A DNA stretch of 64,000 nt from NCBI GenBank assembly GCA_964016885.1, contig OZ024740.1, positions 84,444,001 to 84,508,000 on the forward strand, written 5' to 3'. Below, piece after piece: positions 41,936-55,699 of the stretch. Position 1 is the stretch's first letter, and each line of letters opens with the position of its first letter. The DNA comes from Eledone cirrhosa. Its lineage: Eukaryota. The translations under genes and the position numbers were made by a program. The notes below the pieces were generated by a model, which had not been told where the DNA came from, ran no database searches, and saw only the letters and a list, made by a program, of their open reading frames with translations.

Positions 41936-43411
41936 GCAAAGTTAATCCTGCCGAGATTTGTGGTTTTGTAGAATAATTTCAATAGACAAAACGTAGTTTG
42001 TAGTTGCTAACTGTGATTTGTTAGACTTCCAAGTGTTATATATTTATTTTATATTTATATATTCGTTTATTATTTCTTTTCCATAGACAAGCAATACAAC
42101 AAGGAATGCAAGTCGAATTACAATGTATTACACTTTATATTCAGTTACATACTATTCATTTATAATATATACTGAATAGACATGCAACATATAGGCATAT
42201 AAATGGCTTCTATTATAATTTAACACGTGTAATTGTATCATATATATATATATATGATAATGAAACGAAGCTATCGAATAGGACAGGCACAGCTTCAGCC
42301 ATTTTCTCACTTACTCAATTTAATTAAGTCTGTAATATTAAGTCACAAACTCAAGAAAAATTAGAGTGCATACTTATACGTTTATTAATGAGAAAAACGA
42401 TTTCATGTAGGCGGAAAATTAGATCTTTCGGCCCCGGACCAGTGCATTAGTTTCTGCGACACCATCTGCTAGCCGCAGTCCAAATGGAACTACCCTGCGC
42501 AGAAATTGAATAATGTTAGTAAACATTACATAAGTGGCTAGGATCGCGTCGTTTCGGCGGAGTTTAACCCCACTAGAACTGTGAGTTCCGATTAGCTTTC
42601 CACCACTCCACTCCGATTGCCATAAGCTAGTGTAGCAATAACCTCGACTTTCAGTAACACGTGACTTGACATCAAAGAAGTAAGCCAGTCCTGACCGTTC
42701 TCAGCGAAAACGTCGTTATTACTTCAATTTGAAAAGAAAATGAACAAGCACTCAATTACACACTAGAGAGAGAATGAAAGACGGAGAGGGGGAGGGAAGA
42801 GTGAGATGGAGAGAGAGCGAAAGAGAGAGAGAGAGTACAACAAATAGCAAATGGGAAATTTAATCAATTTATTACTACTACTTGTTTCTGCACAAAATCC
42901 GCTCATGAAATCTTGATATATAAATATATAATGGAGTAAAGACAAAAGCACGATTATGGTATAAATGGAGTAAAGTCAAAAATTGTGTTGAAACGAATAT
43001 TGTTATATTTGGGGAGGGTCATATTGTTATAATATTGCCAGAAATAATAATAAAACACACTCACTGTTTGGTTTGAATTGGTTTTCGCTTCTGTATATTT
43101 TATATCCCTATAGTTAATTTAGCTGGCAATCAATGTTTATCATTGATTGTCCAATGGTTAAAAATATAGATATGAAGGTATATATATATATTGCCTTATC
43201 TGATTAACGAATGCGGACGTTTCTTGTATTCGTCTTATTCGGGAAACCTCTGGTAATTAGGTATTATATTGTATTGTTTATTGTACATTATATATATATA
43301 TATATATGTGTGTGCGTGTGTGTGTAGGAGGTGAGTTTTATTGTCGCACAATAAAGCAATGCAAATATCGGATAAGTAGCACTCAACAGTTTATTGGACT
43401 GGAGTATATAT

Positions 43412-43832
43412 AAGAAGACATTAAAAGATGGTTAAAAAAGTTCCATGTATTTTATTATGCGCATTTCAAAATGTGTGAGACAACGTTTCTCAGTTTAAAT
43501 GTTTATCTCTCTCGCTTTTCTCTCCTCTCTCTTTCTCTCTCCTTCCTCCTTCTTATAATCTTCCTCCGTTATCCTTTCCTTCTTTTTTCTTTTTCCTTTC
43601 TTCATTTTCCTTACCCTTTTCCCTTTCCTTTTTTCCAATCTCCTATATCCTTTTAAATGTATTTATCATATGTTGTTTAGACACTACCTTGCTCACAAGT
43701 GTCTTTTTTAAGCTTCATATCATGTCTCCCTATTTTATCTGATAAGAACGCAAATATCGTCCCTGGATGATATTTGTTTTTGAAATGCGCATAATAAAAT
43801 ACATGGAACTTTTTAACCATCTTTTAATTTCT

Positions 43833-43838
<6 letters not shown>
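43412..43838. repeat. Solo pLTR-like sequence with inverted partial
   Basis: Homologous to 26379-26600; 43412-43480 is inverted at ~43778-43836. Confidence 0.7.
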
Positions 43839-43882
<44 letters not shown>

Positions 43883-43974
43883 GTGTTAAACAATATTCAA
43901 TGAGTATGTCAAAGAATGAGTTTTACAGTAGATTGAAGCACTCTACGAAAAAATAATTTTCCGGAGTTATTAAT

Positions 43975-46281
43975 ATTAAAATATACAAATATTAATAAAA
44001 TAGATGTTCTTTTGATCAATTACATTTTATTATACATATTTCGGATGTACGTGCTCATCAGACAAAATATAATGATACATGACATACCCTGAGATGTTAA
44101 ATGGTTAAGATTTAATCAAGGTAGTGATTATTTAGCATTTATACCCTAATTATGAGAAAATGCGAAAACGTAATAAATTCAATAGAGGATGTGTGAGTAA
44201 GAAAAACGTTGCTTAATGTAACAGTTATAGAGATTTTAAAATGTATGATACTACAATTTATCTATGAAAACATCTCATGAATCATAACAGCCAGTGATAG
44301 CCCCTGGAAAAGAATTTATAGAGAGGGAAAGATAAAGGGGGGGTGATATATGCAGAAGGAGAATTTTTCTCGAAAGTTAAACGGTTAATTTTGAAAATAT
44401 TTAGTTTATAATTTTAGGGTGAAGAATCAAGATTTCGGGATTTTTTTGCTGGTTATTTATATATTAGTTTTATAAATTCTATAAGTGTGTTAACATTTCT
44501 AAGCTTCTGAGTTTTATGAGGGTAACATTTAAAGGATTTAGCTGGCACATCAAGAATGAAATTTTATACTGTTGATTATTTTCCTAAATTTAAACTTTAA
44601 CAAAGATACTAATATATTAGGTATGTAAAGCTTTTGAAGTACTTATTGTTAGAAATATTTAAATAACGATTATGTATATAGATATATATTAATTAATGAG
44701 CCAGTATATTTTAGGTAAATAATAACGACGAAGATAAAAATAAAATAATAGATTGAGGCATGTTGAGGTTAAATATACACCTATTTATAACTGGGTGTAA
44801 ATGCATTAATTATTCTTTAACGAAGATACCAACATATTAGGTATGTAAAGCTTCTGAAGTATTTATTGTTAGAAATATTTAAATAACGATTATGTATATA
44901 GATATATATTAATGAGCCAGTATATTTTAGGTAAATAATAACGAAAATAAAAATAAAATAATAGATTGAGGCATGTTAAGGCTATACACCTATATATAAC
45001 AGGGTGTAAATGGATTCTTGGTTCAGAGTATACATAATCAAGAAATTTAGAAGATAACTAAAGATTATGTATAGGAAGATATAGGGTGGTATATATAGAT
45101 ATATATTATGTATTAGTGGTGCAGTATACTTTAGGTAAATGATAACGGTTATAATTTTATAAAATAGAGTTCAACGTGTTACATTTACATACATATATAT
45201 ATATAATAAAAACAATAATAAGTGCGTGGATAATTCAGAGTTCAAAATAATGTCTATAATAATTTTTAGTTTGGATATTTTCTCTATATTTTAATCATGT
45301 ATATAGAAATGTAGTAGGTATATTTTAAAATATATAAAATATAATATAATTACATACATATTATAATACATTATATTATAAATAAGAGATCAAAAGCGCA
45401 CCAAAAATTCACATTTATATATAAGTTTGAATCTGTTTTAAATTTTAGATTTTAAAGTGCAGTAGGTATATTTAAAAATATATAAAAATATAATTACATA
45501 CATATTATAATATACTATATTATATTATACTATAAATTAGAGATCAAAAACGCATTAAAAATTCACAGTTATAGATAAGTTCCGTAAAGATATATGGGTT
45601 GGGTATTAAACTAAAATTTAAAAGAGATCAAAAATGCATTAAAAATTCACAGTTATAGATAAGTTTCGTAAATATGTATGGGTTGGGTATTAAACTAAAA
45701 TTTAAAACATAGATAGGAAGATAGATAGAAAAATAAAGAAATAATTGTATTGATCAAAGTTAATAAAATAATGTTATGTGTATCAGTGTTCCGGCATGTT
45801 ATTGAACAAGTGTCTTTCATTCGAGCGTTATTTCTTCTATAGATAGCTATAATATAAAGCAATATTACAGGCCATTAATGTTTTTCCCTGTTGATTATAT
45901 ATTCCTGGTAACCAAGTTATTAATGGTTTAATGTTATTCTCTCTTTTTTCTCGTTTTATAGGAGGCTAAAAAAGTGGACGTACCTTTATAGAGGCAACTA
46001 GAGAATAATTCACTTTATAACTGTTACATTAAGCAACGTTTTTCTTAGTCACACATCCTCTATTGAATTTATTACGTTTTCGCATTTTCTCATAATTAGG
46101 GTATAAATGTTAAATTTTCTCTTAGGTTAATCACTACCTTGATTAAATCTTAACCATTTAATATCTCAGGGTATGTCATGTATCATTATATTTGTCTGAT
46201 GAGGACGTACTGTTGTACATCCGAAATATGTATAATAAAATGTAATTGATCAAAAGAACATCTATTTTATTAATATTTGTA

Positions 46282-46290
<9 letters not shown>
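43975..46290. mobile_element. 2.3 kb element with ~270 bp inverted HHR-bearing termini
   Basis: 43975-44240 is inverted at 46012-46290; AT-rich interior with tandem duplications; weak PLE C-terminus-like trace near 45780-45850 (-). Confidence 0.8.
46185..46246 (+). ncRNA. Minimal type I hammerhead (partner 44019-44073, -)
   Basis: CTGATGA-GGACGTACtgttGTACATCC-GAAA-TATGTA-TA-ATAAAATGTAAT. Confidence 0.75.
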
Positions 46291-46313
<23 letters not shown>

Positions 46314-46340
46314 CACGGGTGTGTATGATTGTGTATAGAA

Positions 46341-46492
46341 GTTAACTGAACAAGTACTTTCATGCTTTCGCAATCTTCTGGTTCATATTCAGTGGTGACA
46401 GTCAGGTTTGCAATTTTCAGTTGAAACTTGACTGTCACCACTGAATATGAACATGAAGATTGCGAAAGCATGAAAGTACTTGTTCAATTAAC
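46341..46492. repeat. Palindrome of two inverted minimal HHRs
   Basis: 46347-46385 (-) and 46448-46486 (+); consensus TGAAC-CTGAAGA-tTGCgaaaGCAt-GAAA-GTAC-TT-GTTCA. Confidence 0.75.
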
Positions 46493-46580
46493 ACTTAACA
46501 ATTAATATTCTACCATACTATTTCATTATAATATCATTATAATTTTAAAGAATTGTAAATAAAACGAGTAAATCAGACAG

Positions 46581-46611
<31 letters not shown>

Positions 46612-46614
<3 letters not shown>

Positions 46615-47290
46615 AATGAAGTAATTCCGTCGGAAAAGTCCAGGAAAAAAGAGTGCTCTATGTAGGTTACAGAGCTTAATAGTTTTGTAATAAACAACAT
46701 AAGGCAATTATTTCATTTACCAGTAGTTTCTTAAAAGCAAACAAATGAAAAAATCCTGCTGTATTTATTGACATTGGATTTTAAAAACAGAAATATAATC
46801 TATATGAAAGTGAGGCTGGAAAAGGAAGAAGGGAAGGAAAAATAAACACACATGTACACACACACACACACACAATTACATACACACACATATACATACA
46901 CACATATATACACACACATACATACACACACACACATATATATGTATATATATATATTCATACATATGTGTGTATGTATGTATGTGTATATGTATGTGTA
47001 TGTATATATATATACATATATGTGTGTGTATGTATGTGTGTGTATATATGTGTGCATGTATATATGTATGTGTATGTAATTGTGTGTGTGTGTGTGTACA
47101 TGTGTGTTTATTTTTCCTTTCCTTCTTCCTTTTCCAGCCTCACTTTCATATAGATTATATTTCTGTTTTTAAAATCCAATGTCAATAAATACACCAGGAT
47201 TTTTTTTCATTCTGATGATTGAAAGCAAAATTTGTTTGCTTTTAAGAAACCACCGGTAAATGAAATAATTGCCTTATGTTGTTTATTACA

Positions 47291-47297
<7 letters not shown>
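46612..47297. mobile_element. F1 fold-back element, microsatellite core, HHR at 47205-47265 (+)
   Basis: Arms ~46680-46860 and ~47090-47297; the left HHR has lost its CTGATGA half. Confidence 0.85.
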
Positions 47298-47331
<34 letters not shown>

Positions 47332-47364
47332 ATATATACATATATACATATATAAATATAAATA

Positions 47365-48100
47365 TTTCGGCTATTGGAAATTAGCGAAAAACAACTTCCA
47401 AGATGTGTGTCAAGCGCTCCATAGAACTAGTGAACTAGAGCAACACGATGGTTAAACCATTATCCGCAAAGCTATAGAAACGACCAAGCTATTCGGGTCA
47501 AACAAATAATAAAATATGATTGAAAATGATACCCGGTCCCCTGGAAACGGTGGTAAGATCCAATATAGGGTTTCTGCAACTCCTAAATCAGGTACTGTCT
47601 GCTTAAACAAATAATGTTAAGCTTTTGGTATGATGATCGAACAAGGAAGTCACTTTTTCAACATGCATTTAGTTCTATGCAAAGCTAAGGACTGACCGTT
47701 ATCAACCCCTAGTCTTGGCGGATGAATTCAGTATGTGTGTTATTGCAAAATTGCAAAATATCACAAAACGAATTAAGCTCTCAACAGAATAGTTTTAAAA
47801 ATTAACAAGAGCTATTAATCAGTCAATAGAATTAACTAAAAAAATCAAAAAAATTAACTGGTTAATAGCTAGACTCTGGAGATTAATACAAATATAAATT
47901 AGCGAGAATCGCATTTCGGCTATTGGAAATTAGCGAAAAACAACTTCCGAGATGTGTGGCAAGCGCTCCATAGAAACTAGTGAACTAGAGCAACAACGTA
48001 AGTTAAAAGGCCAAACACACTGAGACGATGGTTAAACCATTATCCGCATAGCCATAAAAACGACTAAGCTATTCGGGTCAAACAAATAATAAAATATGAT
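47365..48100. repeat. ~550 bp monomer, ~1.3 tandem copies
   Basis: 47365-47521 recurs at 47913-48101. Confidence 0.8.
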
Positions 48101-48102
48101 TA

Positions 48103-48965
48103 AACGGAGAAAGCTGATAGCGATACTCCGACCAATTTCCAACATACTCAACAAACATTAGTAAATACCGGAGTATATTCCCAATTAAACGTTTCGAGTG
48201 CTAACTATATTGTATTGTATGGATAATTGGTTGTATTATTTTATATGAGATATATTAAAGATCTCATTCCCCAAACTAATCGTTTCATATAAGATTTCTA
48301 CATGGTGGGTGAAATTATACCAAATTATGTAGAAACATGTGTAAAATCAATGGATTCTTATGCAAGTGGGCCCTTATAAATCTTCAGTGGGTGCCCAATA
48401 ATATTAATATTAATAACTAAATCAACATCAACATTTAGCGATAATCACTATCAGTGCTAGAAGGAGCTGTTAAGTTGTAAGTTCAGCAGTTTGAAAGAAA
48501 ATCTCACACTGTCCCGAAAATGGGAAGGAGGCTACCGTGAAAAATAATACACACGCAGGTCATTGAGCTCTGACAAGAATTCAAGCCTCGTGCGAAGAAC
48601 TCAATTGGATATGAACAAATAAATATATGTGTGTACTGTTTAAAGATACATAGAGATATTATCTCAGGCAAAATAAGAGATATGAGATACAGGAACAAAC
48701 AATCAATATTCATATAAAAAAATAAACATAGAGAGTCATACCTTATATCGGGAAAGTTCATGCCTGGTGATCCAAGAGTATATTACATAACTACATAAAC
48801 GGAGAACGCTATTAGCGATACGCCGACCAATTTCCAACTCACTCAACAAACATTAGGAAATACCGGAGTATATTCCCAATTAAACGTTTGGAGTGCTAAC
48901 TATATTGTATTGTGTGGATAATTGGCTGTATTATTTCATATGAGATATATTAAAGATCTCATTTC
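48103..48965 (-). repeat. ~695 bp monomer family with HHR at 48270-48391
   Basis: 48103-48270 recurs at 48798-48965; inverted relative at 52600-52960. Confidence 0.8.
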
Positions 48966-48984
48966 CAAAACTGGCAGATCCAGG

Positions 48985-50370
48985 GTGACCTATAGGATAA
49001 AGTGTGAAGCGTTGATGAATAAGGAAGTTAGGACTATGTTTGCAGATACTATTGCGTCCAAATTCAAATAAGTCCCTGAGAAAACTGAAGACGCTGAGAC
49101 AGAGTGGAGATAATTCTGCTTCAAATGTTGTGGGCGAAAAATGTTTGGTGTTGCGCCGGATGGCAGAAGACTCCTTGCTTCAATTAAAAGGTCAAAGATA
49201 TCATCCGAGCAAAGAAGGGGGTCTACAAACCTTGGCTTGGAAATAAGTCCTCCTTCTTTCACTTGTGGTACAAACAGGAACGAAGAAACGCAGCAGAGAC
49301 AGTAAAGCGTTCAAAGTTAAGACGTAGGAGGACTTTGCGGTTAAGTTGGAATCCAACTTGAGATCAGCAAATAGAATGTAATAAGAAGACCTCCTCCACA
49401 TCTGCTAACAGGAACGCGTCTTTTGTTCTCCTCTCTTCAGAGAGGTGTATCCTCGCGAGGTGGGGAGAATGTTTTGCTGGTCCAAAATCCGACCAAAACA
49501 GCATCTTCTAATGTACACAAAATGCATTCGAGAGCAGCAGCTAATCTCTCGGAGGCTGAAGTCACAACAGCAGTTAAAGAGCTCAAATGGGGCAAGGCCA
49601 GTGGGGAAGATGAAATCCGGCCCGAGATTTTAAAAGCCTTAAATAGAAAAGTTATTCTCTGGCTGACCCGTGTGTGCCGAGTGGCCTAAATATCTGGAAA
49701 GGCACCTAAGCAATGGCAATCGGGAGTGATAATCCCAATTTTCAAAAGAGGATACAAGACAGATTATTCCAATTACAGAGGGATCTCCTTGTTAAGCCTC
49801 CCCGGCAAAGTCTATGCTAAGTGTCTGGAGGGGGATGCGGGGAGGTTGTCGAGTTCAAGCTAGCTGATGAACAGTGCGTTTTCGCTCCCGACGCAGCACA
49901 ACCGAACAAATATTCTCACTACGTCAGGTATTCGAGAAATCGTGGAAGGCAGTAATGTTTTGTAGACCTCAAAAATGCATATGACCATGGTCCGCGGGAC
50001 CTGCTGTGGAAGGTTCTGCAGGAGTATGGGCTCTATGGTCAGCTTCTTGTTGCCCTGATGCCTCTATACTAATGCCCGAGTATTTGTGTTCGGATATATG
50101 GTACTAAATTGAAGCCATTCAATGTCAGAGACTGACTTCGCCAAGTGTGCGTACTGTCACCTCTACTGTTCCTTATTTACATGAGCAGGATTGACATGTT
50201 CAGCCGCTTGGAAGTGGTATACAACTGACAGGTGAAACCTCAATTGGCTGGAATTTTCAGACGACATGGTGATCTCCGAATTGCTCTTGACAGGTTTGAT
50301 GCCGAGTGCTGCATGTCTGGAATGAAAATCAGTGCTGCGAAGACTGAGACACACATCCTCTCAAGGAAGC
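48985..50370 (+). pseudogene. RTE-clade LINE RT fragment
   Basis: VKELKWGKASGEDEIRPEILK..VIIPIFKRG..NYRGISLLSLPGKVYAK with stops; short duplicate at 55593-55650. Confidence 0.85.
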
Positions 50371-50522
50371 CTACTCATTTATCCCGCGTTCGATCGGGAG
50401 TAACCACAGTAAGTAAGGTACTCAATACATAGCAGAGTATAAATATTTAAGCCCAGGGGCTTCCTGATCATTTCTCCCGAATGAAACAGTTCTAGTCCTG
50501 TAGAAACCATTTCTATATTAAA

Positions 50523-50565
<43 letters not shown>

Positions 50566-50652
50566 TTTTCTGAATTTGTTTATAATAAATTGAAGTGAAA
50601 GCAACTGGTGCGTGTGTTTCTTATTGGCAACATTACCCCCCCCCCCAAGTAT

Positions 50653-50695
<43 letters not shown>

Positions 50696-50931
50696 CATAC
50701 ATATATACATATATATACACATGCATGTATGTATGTATGTGTATGTGTGTATGTATATACATCGAGAGATATGTTCTACTTCGCCCAGTAAACAATAGTC
50801 TGGATTTTAATCAATAACGCCCACTCGATCGAATTTATACTATTACTGCACACTGTATTTCAATTGCACAAAGTCAATATATACATAACATCATATAATG
50901 AAACATTTTCTGTTTTACATATATATATATA

Positions 50932-51530
50932 CAGGGTGTCCCAAAAGATTTGACATCATTTCACAGGCCAATCATTTTGGCAATTCTTGTTGAAATAACC
51001 TCAAATTTTCACAGAATGTATAGAAACAGATCAAGATTTTATATTTAATGTTTTATATTTTTCTCTTTTCAGGTTGAGAAATGCCGTTCATTTCCAAAGA
51101 AAAGTCATTTTGCGTCTTGGAATATGCTCGAACACAGTCATCCAAGACTGTGCAGCGTGCCTTCAATGCAAAATTTTGAAAAAAAAGTCATTAACTGGCA
51201 AACAGTATCATCAGGATACGCAAAAGCCTTCATTCGAGGAATCTGGGTTTCCAAACTTGTTCTCCTTACGGACTTCTTGGGGCTTCGCAAGAGTTTTTCA
51301 CGAACTTGCTTGACCTTCTCTTCTGATGTTGATGATGGTCTTCCAGATCCTTTAGCCCTGCATAAGCAGCCTTCCTCTTTAAATTTTTGATACCAGGTCC
51401 AAATTTTTTTGCCAGTTGGTGATTTTTTTCCAAATTTTCCATTGAAGGCACGCTGCATAGTCTTGGGTGACTGTGTTCGAGCATATTCCAAGACGCAAAA
51501 TGACTTTTCACCATTTTTCCATCCATAAAT
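50932..51530. mobile_element. Tc1/mariner-superfamily remnant with inverted transposase N-terminus
   Basis: TA+CAGGGTGTCCC TIR; MPFISKEKSFCVLEYARTQS..VQRAF from 51081 (+); second copy 51215-51510 (-) with GSGRPS (DUF4817-like HTH, from recall). Confidence 0.7.
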
Positions 51531-51964
51531 TTTTTTTTTTTTATATATATATTTTTATTTTTATTTACATTTATTTACGCATTAACATTTATTCATCTAT
51601 TTGTCCCTCTATCCTTCTTCTCTTCTCTCTATCATACGTTTATTCTTATTTACGTTTGTCTCTAATCTATATACCATCATATTCTATATATCTTCCTCTC
51701 TTTATATTTCTATCTATAATAATTTTTCTTTTTCTTTTTCTTTTTCTTTTTCTTTTTCTTTTTCTTTTTCTTTTTCTTTTTCTTTTTCTTTTTCTTTTTC
51801 TTTTTCTTTTTCTTTCTTCTTCTTTTTCCTTCCTTTCCTTTCTTTCTTTACTGTATCTATCTCCCTTTCTTCCTCCTTTTCTCTCTATATCTTTATTATT
51901 AATATTATTATTGATGATGTAATTTGAATTTGTAAATTTGCCGGTTATACATATATGTTTTGAT

Positions 51965-52075
51965 CAGTTTCCGATGATCTAGTAGAGTTAACATCGTATT
52001 TAAAATTGAGTGGCACTGCTTTTAGTGTTCAGCAATTTTTAGACAACTCTATCAGTGAAACAATTGTTAGACTGC
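51965..52075 (+). ncRNA. HHR-like motif with long stem II
   Basis: CAGTTT-CCGATGA-..TAGAGTT..AACTCTA..-GAAA-CAATTG-TT-AGACTG; partial inverted relative at 6685-6765. Confidence 0.5.
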
Positions 52076-52124
52076 AAATAAATCCCCTTTCTTGTACTGT
52101 TGACCATGTTATTCTCCACTTTTG

Positions 52125-52219
<95 letters not shown>

Positions 52220-52236
52220 CAGAAAATGTTTCATTA

Positions 52237-52423
52237 TGGATTGGCAGTATCGGTAGAGGATCGGACACCATACTTTGACACATAGAGTTACGGCCCTTGC
52301 CATTCTGAGTTCAAATCCCTCCGAGGTTAACTTTGCCTTTCATCCTTACGGGGTCGATAAAATAAAGTACCAGTAATGTACTGGGATAATTACTGGCCTT
52401 GTGCCAAAAGTAGAAACAATTAT
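52237..52423 (+). mobile_element. SINE copy
   Basis: Family sequence. Confidence 0.9.
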
Positions 52424-52668
52424 ATGATGCGCATATATATATATATATTGAGTTCTTAGCACGTGGCCTGAATTCCTTTCAGAGTTCATTGTCACGCGCA
52501 TGTATTGTTTTTTTTTTGGCGATAATTCACTTCCTCATTTTTTGAATCATTTCGAGCACTTCTTTCAGAACTGCTGGACTGGCTACCTTACAGATACCTC
52601 AGGCACAGAAAGTGATTATCGCTAAATGCTGATGTTGGTTAGATTATCAATATTAGTATTATTGGGCA

Positions 52669-52795
52669 CCCACTGATGAATTATAGGAGCCCACTTGAAT
52701 ATATGTCTATTGATAGTATACAAGCTCCTACATAAATTGGTATAATTTCACCCAAATTGTAGGAGTCCTATAATGAAACGAGACGTCCGTCTGGG
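52669..52795 (+). ncRNA. Canonical-core hammerhead with branched stem II
   Basis: CCCA-CTGATGA-ATTATAGGA..TCCTATAAT-GAAA-CGagacgtcCG-TC-TGGG. Confidence 0.8.
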
Positions 52796-52995
52796 AAGAG
52801 ATATATTAGATATGTCTCATTTGAAATAATACAGCCAATTTTCCACGCAATACTTTTAGTTAGCACCCCGAACACATAATTGGGAATATAATCACTTATT
52901 TCCTAATGTTTGTTGAGTGAGTTGGAATTTGGCCAGAGTATCGCTAAAAAGCTTTCTCCGATATTGTATCTATTATATATATATATATATGTGTG

Positions 52996-53205
52996 TGAAT
53001 GAAGTAATTCCATCGGAAAAGTCCAGGAAAAAAGAGTGCTCTATGTAAGCAACAGAGCTTAATTATTATTATTATGTAATAAACAACATAAGGCAATTAT
53101 TCCATTTACCAGGATTTTTCATTCTGAGGATTGAAAGCAAAACCTTTTGCTTTTAAGAAACCACTGGTAAATGGAATAATTGCCTTATGTTGTTTATTAC
53201 ATAAT
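52996..53205. mobile_element. Compact F1 fold-back, HHR at 53118-53175 (+)
   Basis: Core CTGAGGA (only N7 changed); arms joined at ACCAG microhomology. Confidence 0.8.
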
Positions 53206-53295
<90 letters not shown>

Positions 53296-53298
<3 letters not shown>

Positions 53299-53870
53299 GA
53301 GAAGAAAGAAGAATACTGCGTGGTTGCACATGGGTTACATATGATAGAAAATAGTCCTTCGTCAGTGATTTTCCAACCATCATTGGTATTTCATCGCATT
53401 AAAAATCATATACCTCAGGTTGATGCGAGCAATAACTAAAAAAAGTTATTGGGACCAGTAAATCGCGTAAAGCGAGGGGGACAAGTAAACAACATAGAAG
53501 GATAAAAGCAAACCAAAGATAGGAAAAAAAACAACCAACATGGTTGTCCGGTCAGCATAAACTGGGTGGATTTCATGAGCGAGAGGTACAGACCGTCCGA
53601 CGTGAGTGAGATGTAAGCAAGAAGAGACCCACTACAAGCCAAACGAGAGGAAGTGAGAAGGGGAGAAACAGAGAGTGAGTGAGTGGAAGTGCGAGGAAGA
53701 GGTCAGCCGAGAGAAAGTGTAACTGACAGAGGGGGCGAAAGAAGGTGAGAGAAACAGAGAGAACGGGGAAGCAGTAAGAGAGAAACAGACAAACTCAACC
53801 AAGGTAAATATATATAAAAAAACATAAGAAAGAAGAATACTGCGTGGTTGCACATAGGTTACATATGATA
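53296..53870. repeat. ~530 bp monomer with terminal direct repeat
   Basis: AGAAAGAAGAATACTGCGTGGTTGCACAT at both ends; related to 2563-3505. Confidence 0.75.
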
Positions 53871-54156
53871 AAAATAATATATATATGTATATATATATAT
53901 ATATGTGTATATATATATGTGCATCCATGGATCTGGTTAAGATTACAGCGTGCCATCTTGGGTAGCCGTTTCTGCAGTAGCTGTGATTTGAACAATGCTT
54001 TGTGTGTGAAATTTTTGCGAACGGTTTGTAGGCAGAAGCTGGTCATGTATGTGTGTATGTGTTTGCGCGTGTGCATAGGTATGTATATGCGTATATATAT
54101 ATTTACATATATGAGTGTGAGTGTGTATGTATGTATGTATGCATGTATATATGTAC

Positions 54157-54206
<50 letters not shown>

Positions 54207-54710
54207 GTGCATGTATGTATATAAGTATATATATATGTGTGTGTGTGTGTGTGTCGGTGTAGGTTATTAATCTTAACGTGGTAAAGCAAGATTAATTGTA
54301 ATTACCAAATTGAAACTATAACCTTAATGAGGGGGAAATCGTCAGTGTTAATAAAAATTACACTAACAAATCTTAAACGCTTCTATTAAACTATTAATTG
54401 ACAAAATATTACTTGGAAATGTACAGAGAAGTGTCTGTGTGGATGGCGTTAACATTTGTGACAAAGGCAGACAAGTTTCGTTCATATTTACCCTCTCCAG
54501 CGAACCATGGTCAATACAATACTACCAAACATCAGAACTACATGAAAATGAGGTGTATATGAAGGGATATGAAGGGATAGATTTTGAAGTGAAATAAACG
54601 TATATAATTATCGCTATGAATGTTTGACACTGTTATAATGTCACAGCTAGGAATGGAGACAATGCAAAACATCAGTGATCAAAAATTGAATATTGATATG
54701 TATGAGCGTA

Positions 54711-54829
<119 letters not shown>

Positions 54830-54900
54830 GTGGTAGCTATGGTGCTTCCGTAGGCAGTATGCCAAAATTAGCACTCAATATTCATCAGAGTAGAGTGTAG

Positions 54901-55570
54901 ATATTATAAAGAAAACGAAAAATCAGTGATGCATCTGGACTTAGTTTATTTCGTGTTACAAATGTTTCGCCGGCATGTAGCTCGAGTCATGGTCCTTGTA
55001 TGGATCTGGCTGATTCTACTTCTGCGGGTTCTTTCAGACACGGGTGTTATGTCATGAGCAAATTTTATCACTGGGGTGTTATCATCAAAACAACACCCTC
55101 AAAAAACCCTCTTTCCACTCCTGTCATGCCATTGGCTGTTTTTACTCCACGTCATCACAAGTTCTGGTCAGTATCTGCTGCCACACGGTTCATCGACCAT
55201 TTTCAGAAGTGTGAGCAGACGTGTGAAGTACTGAACCCAGCATGACTCCATTGAAATGTGTCGGACGGAAAATGGTCGATGAACCGTGTGGCAACAGATA
55301 CTGACCAGAACTTGTGATGACGTGGAGTAAAAACAGCCAATGGCGTGACAGGAGTGGAAAGAGGGTTTTTTGAGGGTGTTGTTTTGATGATAATACCTCA
55401 GTGATAAAATTTGCTCCGGACATAACATCCGTGTCTGAAAGAACCCGCAGAAGTAGAATCAGCCAGATCCATACAAGGACCATGACTCGAGCTACATGCC
55501 GGCGAAACATTTGTAACACAAAATAAACTAAGTCCAGATGCATCACTGATTGTTCGTTTTCTTTATAATA
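54901..55570. repeat. Fold-back element with ~300 bp arms
   Basis: 54901-55204 is inverted at 55268-55570; HHR-like GTGT-CTGAAAGA..GAAA-CATTTG-TA-ACAC at ~55431-55519. Confidence 0.88.
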
Positions 55571-55699
55571 TATAAATATATATATATATATATGCTGCAT
55601 GTCTGGAATGAAAATCAGTGCTTCGAAAACTGAGACACTCGTCTTCTCAATTGTTCTCATGAATTTTGAGATAGATTGGCACAGTTAAATGTTCCTTTT

